Assembly: GCF_001194135.2 (NCBI RefSeq)
Contig: NC_068991.1
Location: 15,422,849 to 15,455,272, forward strand
Length of the DNA: 32,424 nucleotides
DNA from: Octopus bimaculoides
Taxonomy: Eukaryota
Direction of reading: 5' to 3'
The translations under genes and the position numbers were made by a program. The notes beneath the pieces are model-generated. The model worked only from the letters and a program-made list of their open reading frames with translations, was not told where the DNA came from and made no database searches. Below, in pieces: positions 23,330 to 32,424 of the stretch (position 1 is the first letter of the stretch; each line of letters starts with the position of its first letter).

Positions 23330-23718
23330 TCTCTGTCTCTCTGTCACACTCTAAGTTTACATCATCTGACGCAAGATCACCTTCTCCAATGCCTCCTTCC
23401 CTCTCAAAAATTCTTTGTCTTGCAAGTTACTTGATAACCCTGCCGGTGCTGGTTCCATGTAAAAAAGAATCCAGTCTACACTATGAAGTGGTTGGCATTT
23501 GGAAGGGCGTCCAGCTGTAAAACCCATGTCAAAACTGACCTCACCTACACTCGGTCCACTCTGCCAGGTGGTTGGTGTTAGGAAGGGCATCCAGCCATAA
23601 AAAATATGCTAAAACAGACACAGTAGCCTGGTGTAGTCTGCAAACTGGTCACCACCTGTCAAACAGTCCAACCCATGACACCATGGAAAATGGACGTTAA
23701 ATGATGATGATGGTGACG
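23330..23718 (+). mobile_element. SINE family D copy with duplicated core
   Basis: GTGGTTGG...GGAAGGGC(G/A)TCCAGC occurs twice (about 23488 and 23568); ends GGACGTTAAA(TGA)n. Confidence 0.75.
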
Positions 23719-23725
23719 ATATACG

Positions 23726-23779
<54 letters not shown>

Positions 23780-23780
23780 A

Positions 23781-24125
23781 TCGTCATCGTTTAACGTCTG
23801 TTGTCCATGCTGGTAATTTGGAAGCTGGTAATTTGGGGCTGGTAATTTGGGGCTGGTAATTTGGAAGGCTGCACCAGACTCCAGTCTGATTTGGCATGGT
23901 TTTCTATGGCTGGATGCCCTTCCTAATGCCAACCACTCTAAGAGTGTAACGGGTGCTTTTATGTGCCACCAGTACGGGTGCCATATGCATGACACCAGTA
24001 TCTACCATGAATGCAATTTTGCTCGGTTTGATGGGTCTTCTTCTCAAGCACAACATAATGCCAAAGGTCTCGGTCATTGCCTTTGTGAGGCCCAACCCTC
24101 AAAAGGAACACACCCACTTTGCCTC
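23781..24125 (-). mobile_element. SINE family D copy containing four tandem GCTGGTAATTTGG units
   Basis: D core present; 13-mer copies at 23809, 23824, 23838 and 23852. Confidence 0.85.
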
Positions 24126-24141
24126 CGTGACATATATATAC

Positions 24142-24191
<50 letters not shown>

Positions 24192-24214
24192 CCACACACA
24201 ATATGCAATGAGTT

Positions 24215-24357
24215 TTTTGAATTATGTCTACCAAATTGAATCACAAGGCTTTGGTCAGCCTGGGGCTATAGTAGAAGACACTTGCCAAAGGTTGTTCACA
24301 TTGGGACTGAACCTAGAACAATTTGGTTGGAAAGCTAATTTCTTCACTGCACACCCA
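24215..24357 (-). mobile_element. Diverged SINE family B 5' part
   Basis: CACAAGGCTTTGGTCAGCCTGGGGCTATAGTAGAAGACACTTGCC. Confidence 0.75.
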
Positions 24358-24884
24358 TATCTGTACCTATAGAATATATTTCATCTCATACAATTCAATA
24401 TCTTTGATCTCATGCCATATCTCTGATATCACACAATACAATATACATCATCTCATACATAACTCTGTCTTTGATGTTATACAATGTCTCCGATATCACA
24501 CAGCAGAATAGATTTCCTCTCATAGAATACAATACCTTTGCTCACATCAGTACAATATCTTTGATGTCATACACTAGAATGTATCTGTTCTCATTCAGTA
24601 CAATATCTCTGATATTACACACATGATACAATATACAGTCTATATATATGTTTAATATCATGAAATATCTTTGGAAATTATGCAATACTGTACAACTGCT
24701 TTCATGCAGTATAATAGTTTCCGTCTTCTGCAATGACTTTGATCCCATAAAATAGTTTGTCCCAATTCAAGCTCAAAGCATTTCTAAGTCTTTAACACTT
24801 GTGATTCAACGCTATAAAAAACTCTCTGAGCCAAGATATTTAAATTTTATCTTATTTATTTTAAAATACTTCTCAGTTGAGAGG

Positions 24885-25738
24885 ATCTTGTCTTTGGAAT
24901 ACTTGGTGACATCACTAATGCTGGTGCCATGAAAAGAGCACCCAGTACACTCTGTAAAGTGGTCAGTGTTAAGAAGGGCATCCAGACACTAGAGTATTAC
25001 ACAGTCCTCCACCTCATCATCATCATCATCATCGTTTAACGTCCGCTTTCCATGCTAGCATGGGTTGGACGATTTGACTGAGGACTGGTGAAACCAGATA
25101 GCTACACCAGGCTCCAATCTGATTTGGCAGAGTTTCTACAGCTGGATGCCCTTCCTAACGCCAACCACTCCAAGAGTGTAGTGGGTGCTTTTATGTGCCA
25201 CCGGCACGAAGGCCAGTCAGGCAGTACTGGCAACGGCCATGCTCAAAATGGTGTTTTTTACGTGCCACCTGCACAGGAGTCAATCCAGCGGCACTGGCAA
25301 TGATCTCGCTCAAATGTCTTTACACATGCCATCTGGNNNNNNNNNNGTGAAACCAGATAGCTACACCAGGCTCCAATCTGATTTGGCAGAGTTTCTACAG
25401 CTGGATGCCCTTCCTAACGCCAACCACTCCAAGAGTGTAGTGGGTGCTTTTATGTGCCACCGGCACGAAGGCCAGTCAGGCAGTACTGGCAACCGCCATG
25501 CTCAAAATGGTGTTTTTTACGTGCCACCTGCACAGGAGTCAATCCAGCGGCACTGGCAATGATCTCGCTCAAATGTCTTTACACATGCCATCTGGCACAA
25601 GTGCCAGGAAGGCGATGCTGGGCACAGGTGCCATGACGATTTCGCTTTCGCTTGCCCCAACAGGTCTTCGCAAGCCAAATCATCCAACCTATGCTAGTAT
25701 GGAAAAAGGGACATTGAATGTTGATGATGATGATGATT
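24885..25738. mobile_element. Nested SINE family D copies: a + copy split by a - copy
   Basis: + strand 5' half at 24885-25010 and 3' end at 25676-25738, with an inverted D copy at about 25012-25676 between them. Confidence 0.7.
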
Positions 25739-26126
25739 ACTAAAACCATATTTATAATCCTAAACCGCAGAATAACAGTAATATTTTTGGATACACTATA
25801 TTCAAATGTCTTTGATTCCATTCCATACATGGCTCCTTCATGTAACTCTTAAAGTACAGTACCACAAGTAACTGAAACTCAAGCCAGGTCCTGAACCATG
25901 TGTAACCGTGAATCAAAAACTCGTTGTTTGAGGCCCTCAAACAGGAGATATGCACTCATCTGTGGAAGAAATAAACTTTTGCCTTATTTTAGAAAGAACT
26001 TCCAATTGTATTTTTTGTTTATTTCAGTAAAATTCTTCAGATTTATTTCTCTTGTTTTCAATTTCCAAGCATCATGACAGATATACCTCGACTTGTGAGT
26101 TTGGGGACACTACTTATAATAATAGG

Positions 26127-26282
26127 TTCTTTTATTCTTTTATTTGTTTCAGTCATTTGACTGTGGCCATGCTGGAGCACCACCTTTAGTCGAACAAATC
26201 GACCCCAGGACTTATTATTCTTTGTAAGCCTAGTACTTATTCTATCGGTCTCTTTTGCCGAACTGCTAAGTTACAGGGATGT
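26127..26282 (-). mobile_element. SINE family B 3' part
   Basis: TTCTTTTATTCTTTTATTTGTTTCAGTCATTTGAC...GCTAAGTTACAGGG. Confidence 0.88.
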
Positions 26283-26489
26283 ACCAGTAATGTACTGGGG
26301 TTGACGTTATTGACTTACACCCTCTACTAGTATTGTGTCCTGCATTTCCTATACACTAAATATGGGTCGCTCTGTAGCGTCTCCTGTATAAGAACCTGCT
26401 TTAATCCCCTCATTCACATCATCTCCTAGCATAAAGACACCACTGCTCACACTTGGGGGTTCATAGTTTTGCAATCTGTGTTGTGACCT

Positions 26490-26831
26490 CACTAGTAATC
26501 CAAATCAATCTCTGTGGAATTTGAAGTCAGAATGTAAAGACGGACAAAATGCCGCTAAGTATTTTGGCCAGCATGCTAGGGATTCTAGCAGCTAACTGAC
26601 TTCAAAACAAAATGAAATAATAATAATCATTATTATCTGTGATATAGGCTAGTAATTTATGTATGAAGAAAGGGAGTTAGATTCTATTGACCCCACCAGT
26701 GCTTGAACTGGTACTTTATTTTATCAACCCTGAAAGAATGGAAAAACAAAGTTAACTTAGAATATGAAAAGGTAGAAGAAATACCACAATGCATTTTGTC
26801 CAAAGTTCTAATGATTTTGCCAGCTCACCAC

Positions 26832-26877
<46 letters not shown>

Positions 26878-27392
26878 GTAATTTTTAAAAAAATTTCTTT
26901 ATTGCCCACAAGGGGCTAAACATAGAGGGGACGAACAAGGACAGACAAAGGGATTAAGTCGATTACATCGACCCCAGAGCGTAACTGGTACTTAATTTAT
27001 TGACCCTGAAAGGATGAAAGGCAAAGTCAACCTCGTCGGAATTTGAACTCAGAACGTAAAGAGAGACGAAATACCGCTAAGAATTTCACCTGGCATGCTA
27101 ATGTTTCTGCCAGCTCACCGCCTTAATAATAATAATAATAATAATAATGATGATGATGATGATGATGATGATGGTTTCAAATTTTGGCATAAAGCCAACA
27201 AATTCTGATGACGAGGTAAGTCAATTACATTGACCCCAGTGTTCAGCTGGTAATTATTTTATCAACCCAGAAAGGATGAAAGACAAAGAGTAACTTCAGC
27301 AGAATTTGAACTCAAAATGTGAAGACAGTGGAAGAAATGCCACTAAACATATTGCTCAGCATGCTAACAATTCTGCCAGCTCGCTGCCTTAA
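26490..27392 (-). mobile_element. Chain of four SINE family C copies separated by (AAT)n/(GAT)n
   Basis: Copies at about 26490-26605, 26640-26830, 26890-27124 and 27175-27392, all in the same orientation. Confidence 0.8.
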
Positions 27393-27884
27393 AATGGCCA
27401 AATATTGTAAAGAAATACATTCTAATTATTTAATATCTTTGAACCTATCCTCTCAGGTTCCTTGTTTTATTATTAATGCTATACATCACATTGTCAATGG
27501 TGTCTTCACATTAGAGAATAGCTTTGATGTGATACGTTAGAATGTCAGCACTATGCGTGAACACAGACACATTACAACTAATTGTGAAATGTCTATGGAT
27601 TTGTGATGGTAATGGTGGTGATTTAGTTGGTTTCAGAGTCAATAAATGTTTACTAGCTTCAACCCCATTCACCCAATAATTGCTTCTAACTGTGACTGCA
27701 AAGCCAGCTCTGGCCTTTACTTCATGACCCCTGTCTAAAGTATGTGTAATGGCAGTCATACTATGAATTTTGAAATGTTCGTGTATGATACCTTCCAAGA
27801 CCTTCCAGGATTATCCAATCGTTTCATAGAGATATAAAGGGTGGCGTTCAATTTGGTGACTCTTCTTTGAAGGCGTTCCACATA

Positions 27885-28103
27885 TGAGGGGGTGGTGAAA
27901 AGTTTTATGATTTTGGGTAAAAGAAAATACAGGGAGGATCAGTTAATTATAATTTTAACCAATGTCTTCCCCTTTCAGATTCACACACTTATTGCAGTGG
28001 TCCTTCAGTTTTTCTAAACTCTGTAAAAGAACACAGAATGTTGGACCTCCATGTAGGTCTTTCCCAATACCCTTAAAATCAGGAACTTTTCAGAACCCCC
28101 TTG
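27885..28103 (-). mobile_element. Mariner-derived MITE (219 bp) with TA TSD
   Basis: TIRs TGAGGGGGTGGTGAAAAGTT / AACTTTTCAGAACCCCCTTG, with TA on both sides. The interior encodes EKLKDHCNKCVNLKG on the - strand, resembling a mariner transposase C-terminus. Confidence 0.85.
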
Positions 28104-28289
28104 TATGTAAGACTGCCTGGTACACTTCCATCAGCAGCTGACACAAAATTCACCAAGTACAGATCCATGGTCTCTCAAGACTGACATATGACTATCTATG
28201 TATGATACTTTATACTGGAATATAGAATTGATCTGAGTGATACATTCCAAAAGCTTTGTTCTTTATTATTGTTATAATTTCCTTCATTG

Positions 28290-28797
28290 GAAATTAACTC
28301 CGCTTGTGAAGACCTGTTGAGGCAAGTGAAATTGAAATCAAACTAAATTCGACGACTGGCACCGATGCCAATGTCGTCTCCTTCATTGGACACGAAACTC
28401 AGCTTGCGAAAACTTATTGGGGCAAGTGAAAGCGAAAATGGGATGGCACTGTGCCCGTCGTCGCCTTTCTGGCACTTGTGCCCGCAGCATGTGTAAGGAC
28501 TTTCGAGCGAGATCGTTGGCAGTGCCCCTGGACTGGCTCTTGTGCAGGTGGCACATAAAATACACCATTTTGAGCGTGGCCGTTGCCAGTACCGCCTGAC
28601 TGGCCTTCGTGCTGGTGGCACGTAAAAGCACCCACTACACTCTCGGAGTGGTTGGCGTTAGGAAGGGCATCCAGCTGTAGAAACTCTGCCAAATCAGATT
28701 GGAGCCTGGTGTCGCCTCCTGGTCCACCAGTCCTAAGTCAAATCATCCAACCCATGCTAGCATGGAAAGCAGACGTTAAACGATGATGATGATGATG
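28290..28797 (+). mobile_element. Long SINE family D copy
   Basis: Reverse complement of the 25012-25676 copy; ends GACGTTAAAC(GAT)n. Confidence 0.88.
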
Positions 28798-29564
28798 AAT
28801 TGATAAAGCTTATAAACACACTTATCGGTTGTTGCTTGTCTATATCTCACTTCTGTCTTTTTTTTTCAAAACATTTGATGTTTAACTCACATCTCACATA
28901 ATCTCTTTACACTCTGTTAATTTCAGGATCTTCACTCAGAATGGAGTGTAATGGATGAACAAAATGTAAGTATAGGCTCCATAATATATGCATGTGTGTA
29001 TATGCAAATGCATATGTGTGTGCGTGTGACTGTGTGTGTATATGCATTCATTTGTGTGCGTACACATATGTTTGTGTGTGTGTGTGCATGACTGATAATT
29101 TCCCTACAGTACTTTCTTTAACTGTTGTTAAGGTCCCTGGTCAGTACTGAACAGACTTGTGATCAAAGACATTCCAGATGTGACCACTTTTTTTAATTTT
29201 TAATTTTTTTTTTTTTTTCCCCAATCATTGTCTATCTAGGAGTACATTATCCAATGTGTGCCTCTTTTTTCTTTTTTTTCTCAAGATGATAGAGTTTTAT
29301 TCAAGGAGAGATTTTTGCCGGTTTTTTTTTTTGTTTTTGTTTTTTCTGGCTGCTTATGTTAGAGTCTCCCCACTTGACTTACATTGTTATCGTATATATT
29401 GAGCTCGAGTGCACAACAACCGAGCAAAAGAGGGTAAAAGAGAGGACAGAAAGTAGTAATAAGTCAAGTAAAGAAAGAGCAATTGTAACCAAAATGACAT
29501 GCACAGCAGACAGAATGAAACACCAGAGCACAAAGGAAGTGAACAGAAAATGGGCCATAAAAAG

Positions 29565-29956
29565 CAGGGCTGTGGAATCGAAACAAAAAAACTTCGACTC
29601 CAACTCTGGCTTCAACTCCTGTACTATTGGCACCTCCAACTCCGATTCCGACTCCGACTCTGACTCCTCTTTATGTAATCAAGTGATTATGGTCTGCTTG
29701 TCTCATAAAGCATATGCATACACTTGTACTTTGAGTAGGCCTACATGTTATAACTGGTTTATATTAAAGAATAAGGACATTGTGAATCGGAGTCAGATTT
29801 GGTATAGTTTCACCGACTCTAACTCCGACTCCAACTACCCCTTAATTGTTTCTGACTCCACGACTCCAACTCCGACTCCACAACTCCAACTCCACGACTC
29901 CGACTCCAACTCCACAACTCCGATTCCAACTCCACGACTCCGACTCCACAGCCCTG
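29565..29956. mobile_element. hAT-type MITE (392 bp) with 16-bp TIRs, 8-bp TSD and RACTCC subterminal arrays
   Basis: CAGGGCTGTGGAATCG / CGACTCCACAGCCCTG (one mismatch); TSD ATAAAAAG (29557-29564) / ATGAAAAG (29957-29964). Confidence 0.92.
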
Positions 29957-30139
29957 ATGAAAAGGAATAGGTGCATTAGCAAATTTTGTGAAGTGTGAGA
30001 TTTTTGAAGGATACAGTGTCCTAACAACTGACAATTGATGTGGGTAGTTTATTGCTTCTTATTGTGTTGTTTTTGTTTATTTTCTTTATTTGTGAAATCT
30101 TGTGTAGTAATTGAGGGAGGTTGTTGTGTAGGATATGTG

Positions 30140-30418
30140 TATTCTTTTCTACTCTAGGCACAAGGCCCAAAATCTGAAGACAGTAGAAATATAAGAATAT
30201 ATTCTTTTCTACTTTAGGCACAAGGCCCAAAATTTTTGGGGAGGGGGCCAGTCAATTAGATCGACCCCAGTACACAACTGGTACTTAATTTATCAACCCC
30301 AAAAGGATGAAAGGCAAAGTCGACCTTAATAGAATTTGAACTCAGAACATAAAGACAAATGAAATACCGCTAAGCATTTCGCCCGGTGTGCTAACATTTC
30401 TGCCTGCTCACCGCCTTG
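30140..30418 (-). mobile_element. SINE family C copy with duplicated 3' terminus
   Basis: C core present; a 34-bp terminal segment occurs at both 30140-30173 and 30200-30233. Confidence 0.88.
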
Positions 30419-30561
30419 TAAGATATGTGTGCTGCGTGATTGTGTGAATATGTGCTGTTTGCAATGTGATTGCGTTGAGTGTCTTCTATTATGTTATTCA
30501 ACAGGATATTTGTTATGTAGGATGGGGTTGGATACAACATGTCATGGTTGTTTACAGATTA

Positions 30562-30850
30562 CAGTAATCTCTCAACTATCGCAGGTGTTATGTTCCAAAA
30601 CCAACCGCGACAGGTGAAAACCCGTGAAATAGAAACAGTAGTACTGCACTGAATATTTTTCTTTTTTATTATTTTTATAATTTGTATATATTTATTTTAT
30701 TATAAATGCAAAACAACACCACGGAGGAATGACCGTAAGCTTAGATAATAAACTGCAATAGGTGAACAGCAATATGGGAAGGGATTACAGCATTTCATTG
30801 TCGGATATAGTTGTAAGCAATGTGCGTCTTTGCCTCTGTGTGTTAGTGTG
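30562..30850 (+). mobile_element. Possible left end of a pogo/Tigger-like DNA transposon
   Basis: TA followed by CAGTAATCTCTCAACTATCGCAGG resembles Tigger-type termini; no matching right end found. Confidence 0.45.
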
Positions 30851-30859
30851 TGTATATAT

Positions 30860-31125
30860 ATCATCATCATCATCATCGTCGTTTAACGTCCGTTTTCCAT
30901 GTTAGCATGGGTTGGACAATTTGACTGAGGACTGGTGAAACCATATGGCTGCACCAGGCTCCAATCTGATTTGGCAGAGTTTCTACAGCTGGAAGCCCTT
31001 CCTAACACCAACCACTCCGAGAGTGTAGTGGGTGTTTTTACGTGCCACCGGCACAAGGGCCAGTCAGGTGGTACTGGCAACAGCCATGCTCAAATAGTGT
31101 TTTCACGTGTCACCTGCACAGGAGC
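30860..31125 (-). mobile_element. SINE family D copy
   Basis: (CAT)n followed by CGTTTAACGTCCG...CCCTTCCTAACACCAACC core. Confidence 0.88.
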
Positions 31126-31248
31126 CATTCGATCTAATATATTCACTATGTTCGTCCAATTGTCTTTTGTTGTTTTTTCCTGTTCTTTTTGTTCTTTGAT
31201 TTTCTTCTCTCTGTGTGTGTGTAAGCATATGATGTGTAAGTTGTGTTA

Positions 31249-31581
31249 GAGGGGTTCCCAACAATTTTTAATCTATGGATCCGTTTGATTAATAGTTCAT
31301 ACTGGTGGACCCCACTTCTCCCCAAGCTATTCAATGATTAAAAACTATTTTTCTAGAAACTTCTTTCTAAATCCCTATTTTTGTTTTACATGCATTAACT
31401 TGCGTAGGTTGAGCTATGTTAAAATGTTAGAGAAAGAAACCTAGCTGTTTCTTGCCATAAACACATTTAAAGCAAAATTTTTTTATGAACCCTTAATGTA
31501 CTACTGTGGATTTTTCATATACTATTTTGCTTGCGTCGACCCCACCAAAAATCTTACATAGACCCCAGTTGAGAACCACTG
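31249..31581. mobile_element. Old hAT-Charlie/MER5-like MITE
   Basis: Imperfect TIRs GAGGGGTTCCCAAC / GTTGAGAACCACTG and internal GGACCCC-like motifs; TSD not clearly preserved. Confidence 0.55.
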
Positions 31582-31649
31582 GTGTAGCAGGTGTTCTGTT
31601 ATATATGTGTGTGTGTGTGTGTGTGTATGCATACATATGACTAGGTTTT

Positions 31650-31797
31650 TTTTAGTTTCTCTCTTTGAACTCCTTTATCAAGTCTTTAGTCAGCCCAGGG
31701 CTATTGTAGAAGACACTTGTCCAAGGTACTGTGTGGAGGGATTGAACTCGAAATCACATGCCAAGGAAGCAAACTTTTTAACCATACAGCCATGCCT
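31650..31797 (-). mobile_element. Diverged SINE family B 5' part
   Basis: GGGCTATTGTAGAAGACACTTGTCCAAGG...AACCATACAGCCATGCC. Confidence 0.7.
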
Positions 31798-32344
31798 TCT
31801 TCACCTGTGAATATACCCGTGAATGTAAAAACATTAAAAAAAAAAGCAACAGGTACAACAAAGATTAATTATAAAAAAAGAATATTAATAAACAAAATAG
31901 TTAAACAACAACAACATAATTATTTATTTATAAATAAACAATCAGTAAATATAAAAATTAAAAAAAAACATACTTGAACCAACAAACAAATAAGCCACAG
32001 CAACAAAAGAAAAAAAAACACACCAAAAGCAATCACAGTGTGTTTTCAGTCCAGACGTGATTGGCTGAAATTTCCAATTAAGTTCATTAGAAGAGGAAAG
32101 ACTAGCTCAGTTCGTTAACAGCATTCCAATGTGGTCTGGCAATTAATCAATAGAAGACGCAAATTAGCCTCGTCAGTGGAACACACATTGAAGATAAGAT
32201 CATCTTTTCACTAGGCGAGATTATTTCATGTCTGGCTGTCTGGCTAACTGGTTAGTTGGCTGGTTGGTTGGTTGGTTGGTGGAAGTAGAGATTATTGGGT
32301 TGGGTGTTGTGATATTATTGTTTTTATATATACTTGCATCATAC

Positions 32345-32424
32345 AAGGTGGAGGCTTGGTCGTGTGGTAAGAAGTTTGCTTGCTAGCCATGTGGTTCCAG
32401 GATCAGAACTATTGTGTGGTACCT
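32345..32424 (+). mobile_element. Diverged SINE family B head running off the window end
   Basis: GGTCGTGTGGTAAGAAGTTTGCTTGCTAGCCATGTGGTTCC. Confidence 0.65.

Noticed and set aside
25088-25594. Apparent tandem duplication of about 250 bp within SINE D
   Set aside because: The two copies sit either side of a 10-N gap and are essentially identical; this is typical of unmerged overlapping contig ends.
29356-29970. 204-aa ORF with SDSDSDS/TPTPTP repeats
   Set aside because: It arises from the stop-free RACTCC array of a hAT MITE.

Overview
AT-rich, repeat-saturated eukaryotic DNA with eight N gaps. No intact protein-coding gene, RNA gene or CRISPR array can be supported. The repeat landscape looks to me like a coleoid cephalopod (Octopus-like) intron or intergenic region; this is inference from pattern recognition, not a search. 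The window contains four abundant SINE-like families, which I label A-D (about 30 copies or fragments), and many microsatellites. It also has three decayed R4/Dong-like non-LTR retrotransposon fragments of the restriction-like-endonuclease type and a decayed DD41D Tc1/mariner element. Further DNA-transposon derivatives are a mariner MITE, two hAT-type MITEs and a fold-back mariner built from two 5' ends. The most interesting item is the 3' end of an RTE-like LINE whose frame ends in three C2H2 zinc fingers; the ORF track shows only the first because stop codons split the frame. Almost all ORFs in the supplied track are artefacts of microsatellites, N runs or SINEs. Candidate host exons are weak and reported as hypotheses only. 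I cannot demonstrate a wholly new biological system from sequence alone.
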